Assembly (NCBI RefSeq): GCF_009914755.1 | Contig: NC_060933.1 | Strand: one strand, 5' to 3' | Source of the DNA: the human T2T-CHM13v2.0 reference genome, Homo sapiens | Length of the DNA stretch: 64,000 bases | In this document: piece after piece, positions 40,080 through 55,601 of the stretch | Position numbering within the stretch: the first letter of the stretch is position 1 | How the letters are laid out: each line of letters starts with the position of its first letter | Translations under genes and position numbers: made by a program | The notes under the pieces: generated by a model | The model's input: only the letters and a program-made list of their open reading frames with translations | Database searches by the model: none | Told to the model about the DNA's origin: nothing

Positions 40080-42939
40080 TGTTGAGGTAGACTTCTACAA
40101 TTACTAAGACTCTGGGAGAGTTCCATTTTTCCGAGGGTAATAGCAGTGCCGTGCTAGTACTAGAAAAGGGGGGATGGGAAAAATACTGATAAAATTATCT
40201 TCTGTTAAAGTTCAAACTATGTCATTTCGAATTTCCCTCCAGCTGTTGAGAGTGTTGTTAGATTTAGGATACATCATTTAAATGCCAGATTGAGCCCATC
40301 TGGTTGCTTTCATGGAAAAATATATAGGAATAGCTTTCTAGGTCTTTTTGGAAACTCTCAAAAGTGTACATTTATTTGGTGGGGAATTGGAACTACAAAG
40401 TGGTAGTACAATTATATTTGTTAATCAGGTGGAAGCTAAAAAAATTACTGACAGGTTTCCCATCTCTTATTTTTATACCGTAGTTTTAGTCTTGGTTGAG
40501 ATGTATGCATAAACATCACTATCACCTGACATGTATCACCCACGCAAGTACATAGTGTGACCCTTCTGACAGCTTAATTTCTTGAGGAAAAATGATACAA
40601 TGATGATCCCTAGGACATTTAAAGAAATGTTGTTGGATAGGAAGTCATTCAGCTTACCTTAAAAAGCCTGTTCTGACTTGGGACAGGAAGGAAATTGTTC
40701 ATTTCCTTAACTCCTTCAGGCAACTAACAGGCCACCTAATGCCCTAGAAGGTGTAATTTGCTAAGGGACTCATATTTTTTAAAAAAAAGGAAAAAGAAAA
40801 AAGAAAAAAAGGTATAGTCTGGATGCTTTAGGTGCTCTTCCTGATCTCCAAAACAAGGCATCCCAGGTAGAGAAAGTGAGGACCAGTGCGGCACTTAGGG
40901 AAGCCAGGTTCTTCCAGATATATTTCAGTTGCCGTAGTTCTTCAATGGCTCAGAAGAAGCAATGGGATATGCCAGTTGCTTTGGACACAGTGTGGCCAAG
41001 ATAGCAATTTTATCCAGATATTCCCTTGTTAAATAGCTGGCATTCGCCAGGTGGAAAGCCTTAATGATGCCATTTTTTCAAAGGTAGGATTGGGTAGTCC
41101 TTGTGCCTTGATCTTGCTTTTTAAAAGATCTTGAGTTATCTTATTAGATTTTCAGTCAACGGCTTTGCATGGTTAGGAGACTATGTTTGTGCTTCAACAA
41201 AATAGTCAGGGCTTAAATGTATTGCCATAAATAATCTTGTTGTGAGCCATTACAAAAAAGAAGACAAAGAGGAAGAAAAGTAAGTAAGCAGAAGGCAGCA
41301 GTAATATCTGGATGCCAGATGGCATCAGCTTAGCAATGGGGTTTATTCAATAAGAAGCAAAGGGAAATTCCTGTCATGCATCTGTGAACAGAACCCAGAA
41401 GGAATTAGATGCATATAGAAAAACCAATAAGAGTCACCATGGTGATTCTGTAGTCATTAAATGCCTTGTTTATCTTGTTGAAAATAGTACTTAAAGATAT
41501 AATATTTAAGCATATGTTTTCATTAGTCCATATTTATACCCAATAAGTAGTCTAAGAATGTAGATGGCTTAACTCAGTGGTTAAGAATGTGAATTCATAT
41601 TTTTTAAGTGGCTAGAAATTTTAATTGTGTGACATGTGTTTTTATATCCCTCCTCAAAATGTAGTGAACCAAACATCATTTATGGGTCCATATAGTGTTA
41701 CTATTTATATTCTAAATATAAGGTACCTGAATTATATTCTCTTCATGAATCTCAGGCCACAGAAAAGTAACAATGAATATCTTGTTTATGTGTAGAAACA
41801 GGTGAGATGATTCATGATTCTTAAGAAATCTAAGATCAGGAAATTTAAATACTGTTTGCAGATCTTTCAATCAATAAAAAGAATGTTCAAGCAGCAAAGA
41901 GTTGAGCATTAGAATTATAAGATTAAAGAGCACTTAATTTTGAAAACTGGCATATGGTAGAGGTAAAGCCTCACACTGGCCAGACAGCATCAACCCTTCC
42001 CCTCCAATAGTCTTGACTTCTCTCACTTCCAACACCTTCCTTTCTGGCCTCTTCCCTATTCTCTGCAGCAGCAAAGTGCTTAATATAATTTCTTGGGCTA
42101 ATTCCATATTCTAGATGACTTTAGAGAGCCACTAGACTTGCTAAATTGTTCACACCTCCTAATGATGGAAGCTAAACTTACCTATAAATCCCTTGCCCTA
42201 TGCCATGCTATGTACCAGGTGCAGGTATTGCAAAAATAACCAGTCTTTGCCCTCAAGAAACTGTTAGTGCATTCTTATCACAAGAGCAATAGGATTGTGA
42301 CCAAAGTGTTGAGTACTGGTTGTCTATCCACAGACTGAAGAAATGAGCTAGCTGTCTTTAAGAAATGCAATTTGATGTTTGGATATCATATCATGAGAGA
42401 GTTACTGATTTAAAAAGGAGTTCAGGAGACTTATTTATTGAATTCCCAAATTCTCTACTAGCATATATCAGAATTGCATCTACCTCTAAGATAAAATATC
42501 AGATAGTTAAGCTACTACATGGTAATGCATAAAGATAAGAACTAAGTGATAAAAGAATACAATGTATACATTGAAAGGGTTTGAGGGGAATGTTGATATG
42601 AACCGATGTTTGACAGATTATGATCAAACTGATTTGAGTCTGGCTTTGATTCCAGAACTAGTACTTGGGGAAAGAGATATGATCTTTTTACATAGCAAGT
42701 GATCAGATATTTTGTATCATTATGTGTACCTCAGTTATTCCTACCTATATGTTAAAAACAGGCTATAGAAACTACAGATAATTTCCTAAAATTGATTTTT
42801 TTCAGATGCATTAAGCTGCCAACTGGGTGAGTTGGTGAGGGGTGAGTCTCTGTATTTGTATGCCCTGACAAAGATACAATCCTGCTGGAATCAGAGTAAA
42901 AATCAAGTTAATTTTTGATCATACCTCCATGCAGGACAG

Positions 42940-43135
42940 CTCTGCACAGTGACTAAAAGTGTGGGCCCCAGGGACAGAGAGCTTGTGTTTCAATCTTGAC
43001 CTTGGGAAAGTCATTTAACCCCATATGCCTCCATTTATCACCTGTGAAGTGAGGTAATCACTACCTCATAGGGTTCTTCTGAGGTTTAAGTTAATCTGTG
43101 TAAAGTACCTGGTATGCAGGAAGTGCTATGTATAT
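42940..43135 (+). mobile_element. MIR
   Basis: gaccttgggaaagtcatttaacc...acctcatagggttcttctgaggtttaag. Confidence 0.65.
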
Positions 43136-44705
43136 AAATTTTTGTTGTGATTAGGCCTTTTCTAGCATCATTCATTTTCCTAGAGAATCTTTAAGGGAGT
43201 TAAGATGTCTAATAACCACTTAATACAAATGGAGAAATTGAGGCAGCTGTTGTATCTGCCTCATACATCTTGTATCTAATGGCATTTGAGAGAGAACAAC
43301 AATATTTAACTCAAAACTCAGCTAGTGGGTTCCCAGCTTACACCACCTTACTTCCTTTCTTCGTCTACACTTCTGAGGGTCTTTGAAGACTCACTTATAA
43401 GCACCATACTTTTAATTTAGCCCAGAGTTTATTTTTAAGGGACAAATCTTTATTTAAATAAAAAGAGATTTATGAGTAATTACAAAAATGAGTAAGAAAA
43501 GTTCAGAAGCTGCCTGGGTGAAAAAGCAACCTCTCTCTACTCTGAGTTAAATATACTTGATCTCCATGCGCAGAAACAGCAGAATCAATAATAAACTCAA
43601 GAGAGCAGATAGAGCCGTTTTTTTGTAGTCATTCCTTGATTGCAAACCAAGAAGTTCTAAATTTATCAGTCCCTCCCTCTGTCACCGCAGTTGCTCGTTC
43701 TGTGGCTACTTTCAGAAAGCTAAATCTGAACTGTCGCTTAGCAGAGCCCTAGAGAGTGACAAAGACAAATTAATGGGATCCTTGTGTGCCAAAATAAAGT
43801 ATGCACCCTGTCACCACCAATATATGTTAAGTCCATTAAGGTCATTTTTAATGAACTGAACTTTTCATTGGAAAGCTTTGCCAAACATGTTGAATTAAGG
43901 GAAAGAAACCTCACAAAATTACAAGATAAACTAATTTCATTCCATGTAAAGAAGAAATGGTACATGAAAAGTATTGAGTTTCCAATATTTTAAATCTTTA
44001 TCAAAGTCAGGGAAAATGTTATGCATTTAAACTACATTCCAATATTAAGCTGAGAACTACAAATGCAGTGATAGCATTGTAAGCTGTGATGGCATCTGAG
44101 TCCCTGGGATGTGGCCTTTTAAGTAGACTATTTGCAAGGAAAAGCAAATTTTCAAATCATTTTCTGTTCATTTAGATCAGAAAAGCAAAGAGAAAGAAAG
44201 ATGGTCTGAAACAAGTGTCATATCCTCACTTTTCATTTCTGAAAGGAATAATTTGGCTTTATTTGTATCTGCTACGTGGAGTGAGTAGTCTTTCTTCCTT
44301 TTTTCCCAAAATTTTATGGATGTTGAGTTTTAAAAAGTAGACAAAAAAGACAAAAGCTCTCCTTTGGGTTTCTCTAACCTAGGAACAGTTCCAAAATGCT
44401 CCAGCGCTTCACTGCTGAGTAGCTGATGGCATGATAAGGCAGTGTTTGACCAGAGTCCTGTAAAAATTATTGAAGTCAGCATCTGTCTCAAAGCTGCCCC
44501 TTAATTTTTTTATTCTTCAAAATGACATTTTATTGATATTTCACTGAAGTGTGATAGACACAGAATTTCAACTTACCTCAAGCTACATGACTATCTAACA
44601 ACCCATCAAGATGAAATTCGGCCGGCATATACTGCATAAGTATAACTATAAGAAATATAAATGAATAAGCCCACTGTGGCTGCTCAGTTTGGGTATAGTA
44701 ACTCT

Positions 44706-44777
44706 AACCTTTTCCTGCTGTAGGAGTTTTCTTATGGTTTCTATAGCCATATGAAACTCCTACAATAGGAAGAGGTT
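44706..44777. other. 72-nt imperfect inverted repeat / stem-loop
   Basis: Arm 44706-44739 pairs with 44745-44777: about 31 pairs including 3 G-U, 2 mismatches, 1 bulge, 5-nt loop (paired by hand). Confidence 0.85.
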
Positions 44778-45137
44778 TGTATTTCCTCATGCCAATGCCT
44801 AGAACAGAAAAATATGACTTAGTTTCTTAGAGTCTTTTGGCTGTTGCCTCTTTATCTAGCCTGGTTTCAGTCTTTGGCCCTAAGAATAAGCACAGTACCA
44901 AGTCAATCATAATATTAACTCTTATCCTTCTGTTTATCAATCCATTTATTTCTTTGAAAAATTATTTATTGAGCTGCTATTATGTGAAGTTCTACCTTCA
45001 TAGAGATTTGGTCAAGTGAGGGGGACAATTATTACATAAAGATTTGCATTGTGATTATCAAAGACTGGTAGCTGTTCTAAGAAAATGGAAAGATGCTCAA
45101 AGATGTTAATAGGGGACCTATTAGGTCTGAGGGTCAG

Positions 45138-47457
45138 TGCATTAGTCTCTTCTCACATTGCTGTAAAGAGCTGTCTGAGACTTGGCAATTTATAAGTAAA
45201 AGAGGTTTCATTGACTCACAGTTCCACAGGCTGTGCAGGAAGCAGAGCTGGGGAGGTCTCAGGAAACTTATAATCATGGCAGAAGGAGAAGGGGAAGCAG
45301 GCACATCTTACATGGCTAGACAAGGAGGAAGAGGGCAAAGGAGGAAGTGCTACACAATTTTAAACAACCAGATCTCGTGAGAACTCACCATCACGAGAAC
45401 AGCAAGGGAGAAATCTGTCCCCATGATGTAATCACCTTCCCCAGCCCCCTCCTCCAACACTGGGGATTATAATTTGACAGGAGATTTGGGCAAGGACACA
45501 AATCTGAGCCATATCATCCTGCCCCTGGCCCCTCCCAAATCTCATGCCCTTCTCATGTTGCAAAATACAATCATCCCTTCTCAACAATCTCCCAATTCTT
45601 AACTCACTTCGGCATTAACTCAAAAGTCCACAGTCCAAAATCTCATCTGAGACAAGGCAAATCCCTTCTTCCTATGAGCCTGTAAAATAAAAAACAAGTT
45701 AGTTACTTCCAGGATACAATGGAGGTACAGGCATTGGGTAAATACACGCATTCTAAACGGGAGAAATTAGCCCAAACAAAGGGGTTACAGACCCCGTGCA
45801 AGTCAGAAACCCAGCAGGGCGGTCATTAAATCTTAAAGCTCCAAAATGATCTCCTTTGACTCCATGTGTCACATCCGGGCCACACTGATGCAAGGGGTGG
45901 GCTCCAAAGGCCTTGGGCATCTCCACCCCTATGAAGTTGAGTGCCTGCAGCTTTTCTAGGTTCATGGTGCAAGCTGTCAGTGGATCTACCATTCTGGGGT
46001 CTGCAGGATGGTGGCCTTCTTCTCACAGCTCCACTAGGCAGTGCCCCAGTTGAGACTCTGTGTGGGGCCTCCAATCCCACATTTCCCATCCATACTGTTC
46101 TAGTAGAGGTTCTCCATGAGGTCTCTGTTCCTGCAACAGACTTCTGCCTTGATTTCCAAGCATTTCCGTACATCCTCTGAAATCTAGGCAGAGCCTCCCA
46201 AGCTTCAACTCCTGCCCTCTGTGCACCCAGAGGCTTAACACTATGTGGAAGCCTCCAAGGCTCATGGCTTGCACCTTCTGGAGCAGATGCCTGAGACATA
46301 TCTGGAGCCCTTTTAGCCATGGCTGGAGCTGGAGCAGCTGGGACACAAGGAGCATTGTCCCAAGGTTGTGCAGGGCAGTGGAGCCCTGGGCCTGGCCCAT
46401 AAAACCATTCTTCCCTCCTAGGCCTCCAGGCCTGTGATAGGAGGGACTGCCACAGCTCTGAAATGCCTTTGAGGCATTTTCCCCATTGTCTTGGCTATTA
46501 ACATTTGGGAAGGGCTGCTGTGAAGGTCTCTGAAATGCCTTCAAGGGCATTTTCCCCATTGTGTTGGCTATTAAGATTTGGCTCTTTTTTACTTATGCCA
46601 GTTTCTGTAGCTAGCTTGAATTCCTCTCCAGAAAATGGGTTTTTCTTTTCTACCACATAGGCTGCAAATTTTCTAAACTTTTATTATCTGCTTCCCTTTT
46701 AAATATAAGTTCCAGTTTCAGGTTATGTCTTTGCTCATGCATGTGATTATATGCTGTTAGAAGCATCCAGGTCACATCTGGAACACTTTGCTGCTTAGAA
46801 ATTTCTTCCACCAGTTACCCTAAATTATCACTTTCAAGTTCAAGGTTCAAGGTTCCACAGTGCCTGAGGTGCCTGAGACCACCTCCCCCTGGACTTCATT
46901 GTCCATATCACTAGCATTTTGATTACAACAATTTACCAAGTCTTTAGGAAATTCCAAAGTTTCCCTGATCTTCCTGCCTTCTCAAACTCTTCCAACCTCT
47001 GCCAGTTACCCAGTTCCAAAGTCATTTCCACATTTTCAGCTATCTTTATAGCAATGCCCCACTTCTTGATAGCCATTTTCTGTATTAGTCTGTTCTCACA
47101 TTGCTATAAAGGACTACCAGTACTGGGTAATTTCTTTAAAAAGAGGTTTAATTGATTCATATTTCCACAGGTGGTACAGGAGCCATGGCTGGGGAGGCCA
47201 CAGGAAATTTACAATCATGATGGAAGAGAAGGGGAAGCAGGCACATCTTACATGGCCAGAGAAGGAGGAAGAGGGCAAAGGGAGAGGTGATACACACTTT
47301 TAAGCAACCAGATCTCTTGAGAGCTCACTATCACAAGAACAGCAAGGGGAAAATCCACTCCCATGGTCCAGTCACCTCCCACCAGGTCCCTCCTCCAATA
47401 TTGGGGATTACAATTCAACAGGAGATTTGGACAGGGACACAAATCCAAACCATATCA
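45138..47457 (-). mobile_element. Full-length ERVL-MaLR provirus (MSTA-like): LTR 45138-45516, internal 45517-47080, LTR 47081-47457
   Basis: Two homologous ~378-bp TG...CA LTRs around a ~1.56-kb MST/THE1-int-like region; 5-bp TSD GTCAG/GCCAG. Confidence 0.93.
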
Positions 47458-48098
47458 GCCAGCAAAGCCCTCTTTGAGAAGGGACATATATACTGAGACC
47501 TGAAAGATGAGTGGGAGTTATTCCAAACAAAGAGAAGGGAAGAGGGTGATCCAGGGTGCAACCCGCCCATGCCAGAATCTTGAGTCAGGAAAGCATTGAC
47601 CACATTGAAGGAAGTAAAAGAAGATTAGTGTGGCTGGAGAGAGTAGTAACTGGGGGAAAATGGTGGGAGATGAAGATGGAAAATGCCGTAAGATAACCAA
47701 GATAACCTTGGGAGAAAGTTTGTCTTTTTTACCTGGGGACAGTAGGAGACAATTAAAAGCTTTACATTTTAAGATTCCCCTAGCTACATCATTAAGAACA
47801 GGTCAGTAAGGAGTGACAGAGGAAGAAAATAGACCAGTGGCTATTGTGGTAGTCCAGCAGAAAGACGATGTTATCTTCAGTGATCAAGGTATGCGTGGCA
47901 GCCCATGGCAGGACAGTGAGGTGATGAAGAGCACCAACTGTGGAGCCAGCCTGCCAGAGTTCAAGTCCTGACAATACCATTTACTCAGCAGTGTGGCCTT
48001 AGAAATCATTGTATTCCAATATTATCATCTAGAAATTGAGATGAAAGTAGTACTATTAAAATATAATTTTCAAAAGGGTACAATCATAAGTCTCATGA

Positions 48099-48447
<349 letters not shown>

Positions 48448-49194
48448 AAAAATTTTATTTAACTCACAAATTATTGAGGAAGCCAATGTGATGTTAAAAC
48501 TAGTTCAAATGAGAATTTGATTTAGAATAAAGTATATATTTTCTACCAGACAAAACCATTTGCAGTGCCATGAACAGAAAAATACATATATTATTATGGA
48601 CAAGAAACATCTGTATCACCACCAGACCTCTACAGGGAAACTTCTATCTCTATGGAGTTGCAAAACAGACTAGCAAAGACCATCAAAGGCTCCTAATTCC
48701 ATAGAACAAGACCACCCCTGGAAATTTGCTAGAAAATGCCAGCAGTTCGTTGAAAAGACAACCAGTAATCTCTTTTGCCTATTTCAAAATGTTTCCAACA
48801 GTACCCATCTCCCAACAATGTCATAATGAGTTGTATATGTAAAATGCATAAAGCATGTAAGTGTAATGTTCACTTATTATTGCTATATTAAGGTGGTGGT
48901 AATGGAAATGGAGAGAAGTAAATGAGTTTATATATATTTTCAAGGGAGAATTTAGAGAATTCGGCAATCAGTTGAAAGTGAGATGTGAAGGAAATTGAGG
49001 GGTCAAGAATAACTCCTGATTTTTTACTTGAGCAATTAGGTAGCCATTAAAATCCTTTGCTGTGGTGGAGAAGATTGGAAGACGATAGGGTTACTGAAGG
49101 GAGAAATCAGGAGTTCCATTATGGACATTTTAAGTTGGAGATTGAAGCTGCCTTTGAAACTTAAAAGCAAAAATGTCAAGAAGGAAAAAATAGC

Positions 49195-49375
49195 AATGTG
49201 AAGTAGTTAAGAGCACAAAACCTTACTAGTTGTGTAACTTATGCTTCAGTTTCCTCATCGGTCTATTAAATGGTAATAATAATAGTTTTATCTGATAATG
49301 TTCTTGTTCAGATTTAATAACTTTTATTTATAAAGCACTTAGAGTAGTGCCTGGCACATAAGAAACACTAAATAA
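49195..49375 (+). mobile_element. MIR
   Basis: gcttcagtttcctcatc...taaagcacttagagtagtgcctggcacataag. Confidence 0.7.
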
Positions 49376-49502
49376 GTTTTTGATAAATACATTAATTAAA
49401 TTAATGTTTACTTTTTTCAGAGAAGAAAGTTCTAGAATAGAGATTAAATTCTTAGAAGCTTCATGTACACTGATGGTATTTGAAACTAGGAATCATTGAT
49501 GA

Positions 49503-49850
<348 letters not shown>

Positions 49851-50587
49851 CTGTGCCACTGCACTCAGCCAATATTTTGAATTTGAGAATAGAAGGACCT
49901 AGAAAAGGAGACTGAGAAGGAAGTAACCAGAGAAGAAAACCAAGAGAGTTTGGTGTCATGTAATTCAAGAGGAAGAAGTATTTCAAGAAGAAGTACTTGC
50001 AAGCAATGGTCAATTATTTTGAATGCCATTGGAAATGAGACAGAATGAGGATTAGATTTGTTAAGAATAGCAGACAGTAAGGCCTGTGTTCTTAGAACCT
50101 GATACCAATCTTCCCCCTGGCCTTTTTCTTACTGTTAAAGAAAAGCAGCCTCCTGATGGTCAGTGGGACCCTCCGTTAGTAAGACTCCTTATAATGTCTT
50201 GTCTAGAACCATATCAGAGAAAAGAGAAGGCAGAACTTCAAGATGACTTCAACAAAGTGCTCAAACATCAAGATCCCAGGCTTTGAAAGAGCCAGTAGTC
50301 TCTGGATGAATTGGAACTTTCAGAGAACTCAGCCCCTGCAACATTTTCCTCTAGCATAAAGTCTCTTTGAAAGGAAAATGTGCTCTTTAATGCAGTCAGC
50401 ATTTTGTTTTTTAACCCAACTTCCATCACTGAGCATTTTCTGCAAGAAAGACATTCAGGCATTCTTGCAGAGAGGCCAGCTGCCTCTCAACCCAAAAGAG
50501 CGTCATTGTCATGAGAAAAAGTCTGTTTGTTACTTGGAAAATGCCTGTAAATATAGCTTTTCCATGTGTTTTGCTGGGTTTTTTACT

Positions 50588-50894
50588 TTTTTTTTTTTTT
50601 TTTTTGAGAGACTGGGTCTTTCTTTGTAGCCCAGGCTAGAGTGCGGTGGCACAATCAGAGCTCACTGTAACCTTGAACTCCTGGGTGCAAGAGATCCTCC
50701 CACCTTAGCCTTCCTGGTCACTGGGACTACAGGTGTGTGCTACCAGACTCAGCTAACTTATTATAATTATTATTGGTAGACATGGGGTCTTGCTATATTG
50801 CCCAGGCTGGTCTCAAACTCTTGGCCTCAAGTGATCTTCCTGCCTTGGCCTCCAAAAATGCTGGGATTACAAGTGTGAGCCATAGTGCCTGGCC
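50588..50894 (-). mobile_element. AluJ-like
   Basis: Diverged antisense Alu. Confidence 0.9.
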
Positions 50895-52458
50895 ACTTTA
50901 ATATGTTTTTTAAATTAAGTTCTTCTGTCAAATTATTACTGGTTAGCAATATTAGACAGGGACACTCAATCTTTTTCTTTTCAAGTAGTTGTATTGGTGG
51001 CTGCTTCAAAATTATCATTTGTTTTATTTTAATTTCCAGGATCATTATATTTTTGATTATTCTCCTGGGGCACCTTACAGTGCTGAAGATGCCTCATAGC
51101 CTAGGCTTGACACTTGAGGATTTGAGAAATCTATGAAAAGAAGTGGTGCTGTCAGATGTTTTGAGGAGTGATGTCCTAGAACCTTTGAAAAATTTTGCTT
51201 AGAGACCTCAATATGAGTTGCATAACTAGCATGATTTATTTGCAGTTCCAGAGAATTGTAAACAACAGCAGTTGAGAAATATTTTCATAATTCCACATTC
51301 AGATTAAATATCCTTGAGTAAAGATATTTCCTAATAAGTTAGATTCTCATTTATGTGGAATGATTTAGGCGTGGTTCTAAGTAAATTTAGAGGGATATTT
51401 TGGATAAGTATTATCTCAAAACTTTAATGCTCCAGCTATATTTTAAGAATGCCTTAATATTATAGATTTTACAAGTAATTTTAAAATTCCTAAAGTGATT
51501 CAATTGAAGAGTTTCCCTTCCATTATAGCATTCCAAATGGTGTTTGCTTACTTATTTTAGAGGGTTTATTTAAAACTTTTTTTTGACATCATTGAGAGGC
51601 ATTAAATAACTAAAGAGTTTTTACACGAGATCTTCTGATCTCATGTAAAAATGGGAAGTAGATAAGAGTAGAAATACAAAGAAGGTGTTTCCTTTTCTCT
51701 CTTCCAAGTTTCTTTCTCATCCAGTAGTAATTTTTTCCCTATTTATCCAAAAGCCTCTTCAGATGCCAAAATGTGCAGCTTAGGTTTAGTTAACTGCACT
51801 TTATCCTAAGGTTTTTACTCCATTAATGTCTCAAGGATTGCCCAGAATCAGGGGAAGGATCAACTTTTCAAAGTTTAAAAAATATATATAAGAATGAAGA
51901 TTGGGTTAAAAAATGATGAGGCAATATGGAATTACATATTTTACCAGTAAAGTATGTAAATTTTTTGGTCCTAAATAACATATTTATGGAAAAGACTTGA
52001 TTCAGAGTAGAATTACTTATGACATATTTTCTTTTTCCAATATACTATTTTCCAGATCCCTCTGTGGCCACTTGTTAATGATAAGATTTTTAAAAGGGAA
52101 AATCCATGATTCTCATGTAAATATAAAATGAACATCTGACAAAGATTTAACCTACCTCATTAACCAATGAGGGAACCAATAAGATGTTACAGCCAATTCA
52201 AAGGAAGTTTAAAAACCCTATTTATTTAGGCAAATATGAATGCCCAAATGAATTTACAAATAGATGCAAAATTGGTCTAGCTACAGGGCAACAATCAACT
52301 GCATTCCACTAGACACAGTTAATCTGTATTTCTCTGGGCAGGAATCATTTGCACTATCAATTTCTTGCCACTTAGAGGGTGGTAAAATATAATAGCTCAA
52401 AGTCAATGAAAGGCTAAGACAACCTAGGAAGAATGCACTTAACAGAGTTATCCAGTAA

Positions 52459-52785
<327 letters not shown>

Positions 52786-53161
52786 TAAACTCTAATTTTT
52801 CTCACATATTATTCAGTTTATTCCCTTCTCTTTTCTCACCCTACTGTCATGCCACCACTCACATACACAAACATACACCAAATCAAACAGGTAAAGAGAA
52901 ATCCACAACCTCTATTGGCTCATGGCTTGAAATGTAATAAGATTGAAAACCTATACCTAAATTGAGTATTTTTAATGAGACTTCCTGCATGTTTCAATTT
53001 GCATTTTTAAATTAGGGCATGAAACTAGTGATAGCATCAAAATAAGACACCTATAAAGCTGTTTTTATTTTTAATAATCCCAATGATTTTTAAAACAAAC
53101 ATATATGAGAAAGGAAGAGAGAGGAAAGTAATAGGATAAAAGGAAAAGTTAATTTTCACAT

Positions 53162-53528
53162 TGTATTACTCCATTTTCACATTGCTGAAAAGACATCTCT
53201 GAGACTGGGCAATTTACAAAAGAAAGAGGTTTAATTGGACTTACAGTTCCATGTGGCTGGGGAGGCCTCACAATCATGGTGGAAGGCAAGGAGGAGCAAG
53301 TCACATCTTACATGGATAGCGGCAGGCAAAAAAGAGAGCTCGTGCAGAGAAACTCCCACTTTTAAAACCATCAGATCTCATGAGACACATTCACTGTCAT
53401 GAGAACAGCACAGGAAAGACCCGCCCCCATGATTCAATCATCTCCCATCAGGTCCCTCCCACAACACATGGGAATTATGAGAGCTACAAGATGAGATTTG
53501 GGTAGGAGCACAGAACCAAACCATATCA
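53162..53528 (-). mobile_element. THE1 (THE1A/B-like) solo LTR
   Basis: tgtatta...caatttacaaaagaaagaggtttaattggacttacagttcc...aaaccatatca; TG...CA ends. Confidence 0.9.
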
Positions 53529-53979
53529 AATATGTTAGTTACAGGCCATGTAGACATACACCTAGAGGCTAGTGCTAGCTAATATCTGTGGTGACACGAG
53601 ACTAATCAACCAAGAGTAAGTTGTTTTTGTTTATCAGTATATTAATAAAGTGATTATTTTTATTATTTCAGTGCATGCTTCTAACTCTATACTAGTCACT
53701 AATGAACTTTTAAACCATTTAGGGATTTTATAAGTGAATTTTATTGTCACTGTTTTCTATTTCATAAAAGAGACTATGGTAATTACTCTAATTAAAGAAT
53801 ATATTTTTTTCTTAATGAAAGGAACAATTAAGCTTGCAAATAGAAGGCCAGCCAGAAGCATTAATCATTCATTTGCCAGGTGTGGTTTGTTGTTGTTTTA
53901 ATTTCCTGAGAAGGAAAGACTAAATACAGAATTCATATCAGTTACTTGTGAAGTTTACACCCATCTTTTAAAGAAATAA

Positions 53980-54351
<372 letters not shown>

Positions 54352-54960
54352 TAACCTTTTTATTGTCCATTTTTACATGAAAGTGATTAATGTACTGATT
54401 TAAAAACAAAAAAAAATTTCCCTCTATTTTAAAGGTCCCTCTTTAAAGCTTCTAGCTCAGCAAGTGCTGTTCGAGATGAGACTTCTAAACATTAGAATTA
54501 AACCTCCTAACTCACTTGCCTGCCCTCTCACTGACCTCGCTTCCTCCCACTTGTGGCCAGAAAACTCAAGATAGTAAATACAGAGCTGGGAGATCTAGGG
54601 ACTTGGGGAAAAGCCTCCTATGAAAAACAGTTATTATTCATTTGTCCATTTGCACTATCAGATATTTTTCTTTTGAAACATAATCTCCTGCCTTCAACAA
54701 AAGAGACTATATTATATTATACACTGTATGCACTAGAGAAATTAAGATGACTGCCAAAGGACAGCACCACTTAAAAACCAAATTGTTTTTAATTGGTGTG
54801 AACTCGATGAAGACCTAAGGATAGTGGATTGGGAGATAAGCCAGTGAGGCTGTTTTACATTTGATAAAACTCTCATTTGGGAGACATAAAACAGATGTTT
54901 ATTGTTTTTGCTATTAACCCTAGATGTCTAGATAGTAAAAAATTACACACGTGCATGCGC

Positions 54961-55012
<52 letters not shown>
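54961..55012. repeat. (TA)n microsatellite preceded by an alternating purine-pyrimidine tract
   Basis: Directly visible. Confidence 0.95.
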
Positions 55013-55015
<3 letters not shown>

Positions 55016-55375
55016 TTAATTGAAGCATGATGCCTTAAAATAACTTTCAACCATTGCAACAAGTTCATGGGGCTTCAGTAGAATGGCCTTTCTATTTTAT
55101 GTGCTTTTGGTATATCTTCTTGGTTCTGGAATGACATCAAATGCAAAGTCATTTATATTATAGACAAGCAGAGCTAAGAGTCTAGTTTGTGCATCATTTA
55201 TATTCTAGATCTTATCTGGGGCTCGCTTTGAAAACACAAATCAAGTTGGCTACTTGTCATATTCCATAAGCTTATATATGTGAAAAGAGATGGAAACTAA
55301 GACCTAAAATAAGTTTGAGGATTATCTATAGATCTCAATGCGTTTGTATCTCTACCAAATGTTTTTTTCTATAGC

Positions 55376-55601
55376 AGGGGTTGGAAAACTACAGTCCACA
55401 GGCCAAATCCAGACCCTTCCATCAGCATCCCATCACACCCTTTTTAAAACTAAAGTTTTATTGGAACACAGCCACACTAATTTGTTTACATATTTCATTC
55501 CACAATGGCAGAGTTGAGTAGCTGCAACAGAGTTCACGCAGTCCGCAAAATCTAAAATATTTTCAATCTGTCCCTTTATAGAAAAAGCTGGCCAGCCCTT
55601 G
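55376..55601 (+). mobile_element. MER58-like hAT MITE
   Basis: CAGGGGTTGGAAAACT...taaagttttattggaacacagccac...AGCTGGCCAGCCCTTG. Confidence 0.75.

Noticed and set aside
45753-46559. Overlapping 164- and 178-aa ORFs
   Set aside because: Inside the MaLR internal region; decayed retroelement sequence, not host genes.
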